Virus record (IMG/VR): IMGVR_UViG_3300025769_000160
Coordinates: 1 to 53,189 of that record
Length of the DNA stretch: 53,189 nt
Source: a virus
Taxonomy: Duplodnaviria; Caudoviricetes
Reading direction: 5' to 3' (one strand)
Shown piece by piece: positions 18,788 to 26,931 of this stretch; the stretch's first letter is position 1; each line of letters begins with the position of its first letter. A program made the position numbers and the translations under genes. The notes under the pieces are model-generated. The model saw only the letters and a program-made list of their open reading frames with translations, was not told where the DNA came from and made no database searches.

Positions 18788-19430
18788 AAAAAAAACTCCT
18801 TTTGTTTAATGTTTCTAATATGAAACCGGCTAAGTCATACCTATTAAGTCTAACCTGTTTAGGATTCTTGTGGTGTATGTCGTGGTATCCTTCACCAGCA
18901 GACAGAATGTTTATCCATTTGTTTGTTCTTGGCCTGAAGTCTTTATGTCCTGCTGCATTAAAAAACCCGTAACCCAAGAAGCCTAAAATAAAAGGTACAG
19001 CTATAAAAATAAGAAATACATCAATACCTATCAGCAAAGCTATTAACGCAGCGGAGAGATGAATATGTTTCCAGTATTGATGAAAAAACATAATTCTAGA
19101 ATTTTTAAGCTCATCTTTAATATGCTTTCTTGGAATACTTTTGCAAGTCCATCTATTAAAAAGAACTTTCCAAAACCCCTTAATATCTGGAGAGTGGGGA
19201 TCATCCACAGTATCTGCAGTGGCATGATGTATCCTGTGTGCGCCTATCCACCCAAGAGGTGATCTTGCTCCAGTAAGGGTCACAAGAAACAAAGCAAACA
19301 CTTCATATACTTTAGATAGTTCAACCTGTTTATGGCAAAGACTTCTGTGTAGCCCTATGGAAATTCCAAAAATAGCAATAAACTGATACCAGAGAAAACC
19401 AAAAAACACACAGGTTAATAGCTCTACCAC
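18759..19430 (-). CDS. Delta-9-type membrane fatty-acid desaturase
   Basis: Three His boxes (HRSLCH, HRIHH, GEGYHDIHH), the D...DPHSP motif and TM helices. Confidence 0.9.
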   Translation of the reverse strand: MVELLTCVFFGFLWYQFIAIFGISIGLHRSLCHKQVELSKVYEVFALFLVTLTGARSPLGWIGAHRIHHATADTVDDPHSPDIKGFWKVLFNRWTCKSIPRKHIKDELKNSRIMFFHQYWKHIHLSAALIALLIGIDVFLIFIAVPFILGFLGYGFFNAAGHKDFRPRTNKWINILSAGEGYHDIHHKNPKQVRLNRYDLAGFILETLNKRSFFYESKLLQKK

Positions 19431-22400
19431 TTATATTTTTACCTTAGAAAGTATTTTCTTTTTCACTAGCCACCCTACGGCAAAGAATAAAGGGCGGACG
19501 GTGTACTTCATCGACCTGTAGTACAGAGGAAGCTTCTGTCCTCTCAATTCTTTCCGTATGTTTATTGTTCGACGCTTGGCAATCCTTTCAAGGGCGGTTC
19601 TTATTACTTTATTTGTAGGCATTTTCTTAACCAGAGGCATGACTAATTTATGATACCCTAGCTCATATTCCTCTGCAGCCATGTGAGACTTTTGATATTT
19701 CATCCACAGAGCATTGCGATATGAACCGAAACCGTACATCTGGTTCATAGCAGTGCAGATTATTTTGCCCTTATTGTGAACAACTAAACCTTCAACAACA
19801 AAAGTATGATCACCATCTAAGGTTAAGTTGTAAACTTTAAAGTTTGAGTCTTCGTGCAAAACTGTTGGGTCTTTAAAAGTAATGTAAGTTACACCGTCTC
19901 TGCTACTTTTCCAAGCAAGCTCATCCTTTTCTGTTATCTCATGGATAACCCCGTCTGCATTTTCAGACGCAACTTTTTCATAATCTTCCGGCCAACTTTC
20001 TTTGTATGCTTTAGGATTAAAGTTTTTCCATCCTTCTTTTGTCAGGATTGGGTGCATTGAGGTAACAAACGGTTGTTTGCCATTGAAACCATGAATTTTA
20101 TTAGCGCCTAAGTTAAATACTGGAGTGGCTATAACTGTATTAGCCTCTCCATCTACGCTCATAACTTTATCGCCAACTTTAATATCTTTTATTTGTTTGT
20201 TTGAACCATCAAACATTGTAACTTGAGCCGTGGGAATAAAACATTCCTTATTATGAACAATATAATTATTTGCTACAAAGGTTTTGTCATTAGCCACTGA
20301 AAGATTATAAACCGTCAGATCAGGGTCGCAGCCTTCAACAATAATATCTTCAACTAGTACCCATTGATTGTCGCTACGTAATAGTTCACAATCATTTTCA
20401 ATTTTAATTAGGTCTTTACCGCCCTGCTCGTTAGCAATTTCTTGGTATGCAGCGGGGCGATGATCTTTAAATTTTTCAGGTTCAAAGCAGCCCCATCCCT
20501 CTTTTGTCATAAACGGGTGATATGCTGTCACAAAAGGCTTATGACCATTGAAACCATATAAAAATGGAATATCTGGCTTTTTAATATGAGTGGCTTTAAC
20601 CTTATTAGCTTTACCATCTTTACCAGCAACAAGATCACCGACTACAACTTTTTCAATGGCTTTTGTAGAACCCTCTGCCATTAGCACTAGAGTCCCTTGA
20701 ACAAAACAATCGCCGCCGGGGCCGCCGGTTTCGCCTGAATCCTCGATTCCGCCTTCGGCTTCGTTTGCGCCTATGCCGTCCGCCAAGCCGTCATAATCTC
20801 CGCCGCCGGGGCCATCCAGCGAAGCCTGCGCCGCTTCCGCCGCCACATCAAACGCAGCCCCGAAAGCGTCAGCTACAGATGTTGAAACAGCGTCAGCAAT
20901 CCCCTCTGCATCAACGCCAGCAGTGCCTCCGGGGCCTCCCCGGCCACCACCCGCTCCACCTCCTCGCGCCCCTGCGGGTGTACCGGGATAGCCAAACCAA
21001 CCCGTTTGAAAAGACGTTGCTAAAGCCGTCGCAAAGTCATTAATTGAGTTATAAGAAAAGTTTCCGTCTGGGTCCATAGAACCCCCCTCAAAATCACCCC
21101 AATCTACACCTTCTATACCGCCCGGATCAGGACCTTGTCCGGCCTCTTGCGACATAGTAGTGGCAACCATATTCGCTATCTCTTCTGCAGTAAGGTCAGC
21201 TAGGGTTACCGAAACGCTTTCAAAAGCTATGTCTGTTGTAGATGCAAGCTCGTCCATAGCTGCAGTTGCTGCTAAGGAATAAGCAGCGTTATAGTCGCTT
21301 ATGCCAAACTCTCCAGCAGCGTTGGTAAAACTTGCTTTAGCTTCTTCAGTTAACGCTGCTAAATTTGCGTTGGCAAATGCCGCTTCTGCATTAGCTGCGC
21401 CTTGATTAGATGTTGATGCTGCTTCGTCAGTCAGGCCCACGCTACTAAAGCTGTACCCTAAGCTTGCCATACCCTGAGAAAAGGAACTAGCAGCCGTTTC
21501 TGCTACACTTGAAATAGAATCTGCAAGCTCGGCTGTTGTTTCTACTCCTCTTGCTTCAGCCATAGCCCCAAACCAACCTTGAATAGCGGCGGTTTGAGCC
21601 TCTTCCTCCTCAAGGGAGTTTGGGAAAGATTGAACAACAGCAGCTTGATTAATATCCGCCATTGTTACATCTGTTAACGCCATATTGCCTAAAGCAGAAA
21701 GGTCAGCTTGAATGGATACATCAGAAAAACCCGGCACAGATATAGAAAAGTCTGCAATCTGACCAAAAGTGCCATACGCTGTAGCTGATACTCCTGTAGC
21801 TGCAGCAATATCTGCAGCAGTGTTTGCATCAGTAAAGCCTATACCCGGAGTTGTTGAAAAAGCCTCGCCAAAGGCCGTAGCCCTATCAGATATACTTGCA
21901 GTATACCCTGAAAAAGACATGCCTTTTTGTGCAAGGCTAAAAGCATTACTTAGAGGGGTTAAACTCATCATAAGGCTTATAAAACCGGGGGTATTAAGTT
22001 GGCCTGTTTTAGAATTTATACTGTATGAAACTTGTCCAGAAGGTAAGGAATAGCTTAAATTGGTGGCGTTTAAACTGCCGTATGTTGAATATTCGGTAAA
22101 GGCTTCTACAGCCGCTGCAGGGTCTGTTATCGCGGACCATGCTCCTTGAGCAAATCCTAAAGCACTATCAAAAGCCTCTTCAGCTATGCTGCTAAAGTCT
22201 TTACCTGATGAAATAGCATCGGCTACATCAGATATAGCCCCTATAGCCCCTATAGCTCCATTTACTCCCGCTAGCCCCTGAGATATGCCAAAATCTCCTC
22301 TGCCAAAGCTAGCAGCAAGATCAGAATAAGTGCTGTACGCTCCGTAAGCCTCACCAATAGTTCCACCAGCAAGGCCAGCGGCTGAAGCGGCTAAGTCTAC

Positions 22401-23030
22401 ATCTGTATAATCTCTTCCTGAAGCTAGACCTATACCTACTCCAAGGGCGCTTGAAACTGCACCAGCCATTCCTGCTTTTTCTGCACCCGTATAGTCAGAG
22501 GTGGCAGTATCAAACCCGCTAGAGCTAACCCCGGAGGAGTCTCCACTAAAACCAACAGAGTCAAAAGACCCAAAGCTATCACTATCTAAACCGTCGCCAC
22601 CCCCTTGACCAAAAAGAGTATCAAAACCGCTCACTGAGCTTGTTGCAGGAGAAGGAGAAAAAGAGGAAGAAGAAGGAGGAGGAGTAGCAGTATCCGGTTG
22701 CGTTAGAGAGGAAAGAATAGCAGGGTCAGTTTCTACAATTCTTTGAATTGCATTATTTCTAAAAGAGAAGACACTTTGAGGGTCTTTAAAGTTAGTATCA
22801 GCTATTAGATCAGCAAAAAAGTCTTCCGTTGAAAGCGCAGCAGTAGAAGAAGTAGTACCTGCAGAAAGGCTATCTTTTGTCTTCTTAACGCCTAACCCTT
22901 CAATCTGAAGCTCTGAAGCACCGCCTGCAACATCAATGGTAGCCTCTGGAAGAGACTCCATAGTAATAGGCTTCGCACCCGTTACCGTGGGTGTGCCAGA
23001 AGACAGTATTTCTTGTAGGTTAGTTGCCAA
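19431..23030 (-). CDS. Large low-complexity protein with two tandem Hint (intein-like) domains and a basic C-terminal domain
   Basis: 1199 aa: A/S/G/D-rich N-terminal 774 aa; CF...TxxH...VYNL...HN twice; then KIICTAMNQMYGFG... Confidence 0.88.
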   Translation of the reverse strand: MATNLQEILSSGTPTVTGAKPITMESLPEATIDVAGGASELQIEGLGVKKTKDSLSAGTTSSTAALSTEDFFADLIADTNFKDPQSVFSFRNNAIQRIVETDPAILSSLTQPDTATPPPSSSSFSPSPATSSVSGFDTLFGQGGGDGLDSDSFGSFDSVGFSGDSSGVSSSGFDTATSDYTGAEKAGMAGAVSSALGVGIGLASGRDYTDVDLAASAAGLAGGTIGEAYGAYSTYSDLAASFGRGDFGISQGLAGVNGAIGAIGAISDVADAISSGKDFSSIAEEAFDSALGFAQGAWSAITDPAAAVEAFTEYSTYGSLNATNLSYSLPSGQVSYSINSKTGQLNTPGFISLMMSLTPLSNAFSLAQKGMSFSGYTASISDRATAFGEAFSTTPGIGFTDANTAADIAAATGVSATAYGTFGQIADFSISVPGFSDVSIQADLSALGNMALTDVTMADINQAAVVQSFPNSLEEEEAQTAAIQGWFGAMAEARGVETTAELADSISSVAETAASSFSQGMASLGYSFSSVGLTDEAASTSNQGAANAEAAFANANLAALTEEAKASFTNAAGEFGISDYNAAYSLAATAAMDELASTTDIAFESVSVTLADLTAEEIANMVATTMSQEAGQGPDPGGIEGVDWGDFEGGSMDPDGNFSYNSINDFATALATSFQTGWFGYPGTPAGARGGGAGGGRGGPGGTAGVDAEGIADAVSTSVADAFGAAFDVAAEAAQASLDGPGGGDYDGLADGIGANEAEGGIEDSGETGGPGGDCFVQGTLVLMAEGSTKAIEKVVVGDLVAGKDGKANKVKATHIKKPDIPFLYGFNGHKPFVTAYHPFMTKEGWGCFEPEKFKDHRPAAYQEIANEQGGKDLIKIENDCELLRSDNQWVLVEDIIVEGCDPDLTVYNLSVANDKTFVANNYIVHNKECFIPTAQVTMFDGSNKQIKDIKVGDKVMSVDGEANTVIATPVFNLGANKIHGFNGKQPFVTSMHPILTKEGWKNFNPKAYKESWPEDYEKVASENADGVIHEITEKDELAWKSSRDGVTYITFKDPTVLHEDSNFKVYNLTLDGDHTFVVEGLVVHNKGKIICTAMNQMYGFGSYRNALWMKYQKSHMAAEEYELGYHKLVMPLVKKMPTNKVIRTALERIAKRRTINIRKELRGQKLPLYYRSMKYTVRPLFFAVGWLVKKKILSKVKI
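19773..20243 (-). other. Hint domain 2 (157 aa)
   Basis: CFIPTAQVTMFDGS.KQI.DI.VGD.V; PFVTSMHPI; VYNLTLDGDHTFVVEGLVVHN. Confidence 0.9.
20250..20708 (-). other. Hint domain 1 (153 aa)
   Basis: CFVQGTLVLMAEGS.KAIE.V.VGD.V; PFVTAYHPF; VYNLSVANDKTFVANNYIVHN. Confidence 0.9.
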
Positions 23031-23259
23031 TCTTTGTGTATTCTTTTTGTTGCGTGTTAACTTGCTGCTTCAGGGATAGGAGGTGATCCACCACCTGTGC
23101 CTTGCCCTGCAGCTTCCGTATCTCTAAGTCCAATGGTTCCACCACCAGCAGGGCCTGATACCTCGCCTTCAGGGCCAGAAGGTAATCCTCCAGACTGTCC
23201 CATTGCTCCTTGCTGTTGACCAGCGGCAGCAGGGTTTTGCATGTTTCCTTGTCCAGCAT
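23020..23259 (-). CDS. Small post-portal protein
   Basis: 79 aa, L.PLVN...W..L..YL...IRKLQG...L..LK pattern; overlaps the low-complexity 3' tail of the portal gene. Confidence 0.7.
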   Translation of the reverse strand: MLDKETCKTLLPLVNSKEQWDSLEDYLLALKARYQALLVVEPLDLEIRKLQGKAQVVDHLLSLKQQVNTQQKEYTKIGN

Positions 23260-25147
23260 TTAGACCTCTTAATACCTCCGCAAAAATTTGTGCGTCATTA
23301 ATGTCATTTACTAACAGATCAGGATCAATGTCCTGTGCAATAGCTAGCTCTCTTACAAGGTTTGGAATCTTGATAAAGGGAGCAAGCATTGGGTTAGCAA
23401 CTGTTTGAAGCAGCGCAGTAAGTCTCTGACTACGTACTTCTTTCTGCATAACCGCTGAAGTGCCTTGAGGTTTGATCTCAAGATCGCCAACGATCTCTGG
23501 CCTCTCCTCATTGAACTGCATATTCCAGAAGAACATGCACTCTCCAAGAGGCTTAAGCAAAAAGTCATCAATGTTTTTAATAACAGTTTTAACACTAAGG
23601 TTAGCACCGCCCATCAACATACTAAGCCCTGCAGCAGTACGACCCGTGCCTGAAACACCTGTCTGCCCATGCATAATACTAGGCAGACCTGTTTCTTCAT
23701 CGGCTAACTGACGCGCAGCCTGATACATCTGGATGTTTTCACCAGCAGTGTTAGGAAATTTAACAGCGTTGATAGCCGTACCTGTAACACCAGACTGACG
23801 CCTAAACACTTTACCCGGATAGATATCATAGTTCTGACCGGGAACCAAGGATGCTTCATCCACATCAAAGACTACATTACCTGCAAGTGCTAAGTTATCA
23901 ATAGCCATACGAATATGACCATTCATAAGAAGCTGTGCATCTTCCATGTTTTCTGGAATACCCACACCAAACAACTGGTAAGGATTAATCTCGTAAGGAG
24001 TAGCAAAGTATGGAATGCGATAAGGTACAAAAGGATTCATAACAAGGCGAAGTACGCGATTGCCACAAACCCAAACATTTACAGGAACTTCTGTAAGGTC
24101 ATCCATTTCCATAGGAAGACCCATCTCCTGCACTAGGGCGTAATCTAAGTTACCCCAATATTCTAAAACTTCAAAACGCTCTGTGTCACTAATAGACTCA
24201 AGATTTTCGCTACGGATGGTGTCTTCAAAATACTTTTCATCGTAGTTTGGACCCATATCCAAACAACCAGCAACAGCTTCAGGATCAAAGAAGGGCTTGT
24301 CCATAAGATCACGCATCTGTGACCTGTTAAGCCTATGACGCTGTATTACGTATGAGCAGTCTTCAATGCTAGTACCAGAAGGGTCTGGGTAAAAATTCCA
24401 ACATGATACAGATTCAAGTCGAGGGACAAGCTTCTTAGAAGGGTTGTAGTTTTTGTCCGCATCCCACCTATGCAAAGTCTTAGTCTCATTTAACGGTCCC
24501 TTTATAATGCCTGTACCAAGCAGAGCGCACTCAAACAAAGAATGCCGCAAAATATTAGGGGCATTGTTCTCATGCAACTGGTCATGGATTTCTTTTTCCA
24601 TGAGTCGAGCAGCTTCTCTAGCAGGACTAATCTGAGGTTCACCCATTCTGCTAGGCCCTTCCTGCAGATTAGCACCTTCGTACTTATCAGCAAGCCCACC
24701 TAGCGGAGACGCTTCCGTAGCTCCGGGTGGCAATTCTCTACCATCGCCGGGAAAGCCATAAGGGTTCTCCACAGGTGGAGGAGTTTCACCCTGACCAGAT
24801 ACATCCAAATGAGCGAACTCAGCAATGCCCTCTGGAACAGGGCTGGACTCTACTACTATGGGAAACTTCTTATTAGCAAATAGGACATCAATCATCTGCC
24901 CGTAAGAGGCAAGAACTTTAGTCTTGGTAATCTTAATAAAAACTTTACTATTCTCAGAATCTCTAAACTGAGTAGTAGAGTCGTAGATACCACGAAAGTT
25001 CTTATATGCTCTTAGCCAACGCTGTTCGTGTTGATAACGACCAGTTTCAGCCTCTTGAAATTTAGAATTTACAGTACCAACTACACTAGTTGCTGCTTCA
25101 TCTACAAGAGCTACCGCTGGAATGTCACCTAAAGGTGTATCGGGCAT
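23057..25147 (-). CDS. Portal protein
   Basis: E.RWL.AY.NFRG.Y, S.VF.KITKTKV, LGTGI.KGP, FEVLEYWG, GVG.PENM.DAQ, RTAAG.SML; downstream of terminase. Confidence 0.92.
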   Translation of the reverse strand: MPDTPLGDIPAVALVDEAATSVVGTVNSKFQEAETGRYQHEQRWLRAYKNFRGIYDSTTQFRDSENSKVFIKITKTKVLASYGQMIDVLFANKKFPIVVESSPVPEGIAEFAHLDVSGQGETPPPVENPYGFPGDGRELPPGATEASPLGGLADKYEGANLQEGPSRMGEPQISPAREAARLMEKEIHDQLHENNAPNILRHSLFECALLGTGIIKGPLNETKTLHRWDADKNYNPSKKLVPRLESVSCWNFYPDPSGTSIEDCSYVIQRHRLNRSQMRDLMDKPFFDPEAVAGCLDMGPNYDEKYFEDTIRSENLESISDTERFEVLEYWGNLDYALVQEMGLPMEMDDLTEVPVNVWVCGNRVLRLVMNPFVPYRIPYFATPYEINPYQLFGVGIPENMEDAQLLMNGHIRMAIDNLALAGNVVFDVDEASLVPGQNYDIYPGKVFRRQSGVTGTAINAVKFPNTAGENIQMYQAARQLADEETGLPSIMHGQTGVSGTGRTAAGLSMLMGGANLSVKTVIKNIDDFLLKPLGECMFFWNMQFNEERPEIVGDLEIKPQGTSAVMQKEVRSQRLTALLQTVANPMLAPFIKIPNLVRELAIAQDIDPDLLVNDINDAQIFAEVLRGLNAGQGNMQNPAAAGQQQGAMGQSGGLPSGPEGEVSGPAGGGTIGLRDTEAAGQGTGGGSPPIPEAAS

Positions 25148-25163
25148 AGCCTATTCCTAAGTT

Positions 25164-25382
25164 CTAGTAGTCTTTTTCGTCAGCCATACGAAAAACTGCC
25201 GGATCAACGCCATTGTCTGCGTTAGCCTTACGCGGCATATCCACCTGCAGAGCTTCGCGGTCAGTGGGACCAGCAATCATTGAGTCGTGAGCTTCCCGAT
25301 ACAGGGCAGCTTCAGGCGCATCACTAAGCTCGCCCTGTTTCTTCATCATTCCCATGATGTATTCTTTACCGTATGCGTACAT
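25164..25382 (-). CDS. Hypothetical protein
   Basis: 72-aa ORF with AAGGA RBS, co-oriented. Confidence 0.6.
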   Translation of the reverse strand: MYAYGKEYIMGMMKKQGELSDAPEAALYREAHDSMIAGPTDREALQVDMPRKANADNGVDPAVFRMADEKDY

Positions 25383-25402
25383 AGTTTTTTCCTTTTTTTT
25401 TG

Positions 25403-26929
25403 TTAATCCATGCTTAAAAAGCCGCGTGAGCCTTTTAAGAATTTGGTCGCTTCTTCCTTTTCCATAGCACTAAAAGTTTCTTCATCCGCGCTATAAAAAT
25501 TCTGTAATTCTGCTTTTTTTCTATCTTCTTCTATCTCAGAGAAAGCTGATCTAGCCGTAGGAGTAGAGCCTGTTGCTGCGGCTACTGGGTCAGGGCTACT
25601 AAGGATATCTGCTGCTGCAACAAGGGGCATAGCTTTTAATGCTTTTTTACCGCCTCTTTTAAGCAAGTCTGCAAATCGCCTTTTAGGGGCTTCCTCTTGC
25701 TTTGCTTCTTTTGAAAACTCTCCAGAGCTTATCTGCTCTTCTATAGTCTTAGGCTTTTGTACATCTACAAAAGGGCTAGGCTCTGCGCTTAACTTTCCTA
25801 CTACTAAAGGTTCGTTAGCACCGCCTACATCTAAAGACTTAAGACCCTCTTTATAAAATTTATCGCTTGGCTTTACATACTCAGGAACATCTGTATCTGA
25901 TAGTCTAGACGGTCCAAGTTTTTCTGATATGCTAGTGTCTGCCTCTAGAACGCCATTAAAGTAAAGATAGTCTTTAACGTTCTGCATAGAGTCCATAGAG
26001 ACTTTAGGGTCTATTTTTCTAGCCTCTTCCATAACGCCTTTAAACAGGTTGGTCTTTTCTTCTCTAGGCTTAGTGATATAGGCACTCATAGCCTGTTTAA
26101 AAGTGTTTACATCTCGTCGGCTAATTACAGCGCCGGATGCTCTGCTGGAAGCTCCTTGTCTGTTAGGCTCTACAGTCTCTCCACCGGATAAAGTTTCCTG
26201 CATGGTTGCAGGTAGATTGGCTCGTCTCTGTTCTATCCTTTGAGGAGCTTTTTGCCTTCTTTCTTGAACTTCTAACTCTTTTGTTAGAGGCTGAGAAACA
26301 AAGGAAGGAAGTTTAACAGTTTCTAATGTGTCTAATGCTGTAGGGCTTAGTCTATAAGTATACGGCCTAACCCGCTCTTTGTCAAGTACTAAATTACCAT
26401 CTCTGTCTCTACCTACGACTGTTGGTAAACCACCACTCTCTTTTATGCCAAGTATCTTTTTTCCTTGTCTAGACCTTTTATTTCTTGCAGACTTAGGAAG
26501 CTTTTCAAATTCAACGTCCAAAGCTTTAAAACCGGGATCAGCATCCTCTAGGAAACCTGCATCGTACAGAGCCTGTTCATAAACCTTTGCTTCGTTTAAA
26601 CCCTTCTCTATGCCCTCTATCCCATCAGGAAAATATCTACGAACTAACGAGTCTACATCTCTCCTAGCAACATCATCAGTAGCACTAATTTGAGAGGCTT
26701 TAATACGCTGTTGAAGCTCAACAAAAGCACCTTGGGCGGTCTTACCCGTATCCTTCATCAGGCGCATTATAAGACCGGCACCTTCTGATGTAATTGTTAC
26801 TGGCTTTGTTACGCCTAACTGCTTTAACCTTGCTTCTGGTAAGCCTGTAGTATTACTACGAAGCTGAGTACCCGGCTCTACACCCGCTTTAGCCTCACCA
26901 AAAGTGTTTCTTCCTGCACTATCAACCAT
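25403..26929 (-). CDS. Hypothetical protein between terminase and portal
   Basis: 508-aa charged ORF; no motif recognised. Confidence 0.7.
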   Translation of the reverse strand: MVDSAGRNTFGEAKAGVEPGTQLRSNTTGLPEARLKQLGVTKPVTITSEGAGLIMRLMKDTGKTAQGAFVELQQRIKASQISATDDVARRDVDSLVRRYFPDGIEGIEKGLNEAKVYEQALYDAGFLEDADPGFKALDVEFEKLPKSARNKRSRQGKKILGIKESGGLPTVVGRDRDGNLVLDKERVRPYTYRLSPTALDTLETVKLPSFVSQPLTKELEVQERRQKAPQRIEQRRANLPATMQETLSGGETVEPNRQGASSRASGAVISRRDVNTFKQAMSAYITKPREEKTNLFKGVMEEARKIDPKVSMDSMQNVKDYLYFNGVLEADTSISEKLGPSRLSDTDVPEYVKPSDKFYKEGLKSLDVGGANEPLVVGKLSAEPSPFVDVQKPKTIEEQISSGEFSKEAKQEEAPKRRFADLLKRGGKKALKAMPLVAAADILSSPDPVAAATGSTPTARSAFSEIEEDRKKAELQNFYSADEETFSAMEKEEATKFLKGSRGFLSMD

Positions 26930-26931
26930 AA

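Noticed and set aside
19428-19433. Stop-codon readthrough fusing the Hint protein to the desaturase
   Set aside because: The frames are contiguous, but TAA is rarely read through, an AAGGT SD-like sequence precedes the GTG, and the same abutment occurs at 3256/3257.
19773-20708. Hint domains as classical mobile inteins
   Set aside because: No homing endonuclease, Lys at +1 in both, and the host protein is not a conserved enzyme.
25403-26929. Possible integrase or recombinase
   Set aside because: No R-H-R-Y tyrosine recombinase or serine recombinase signature could be identified.
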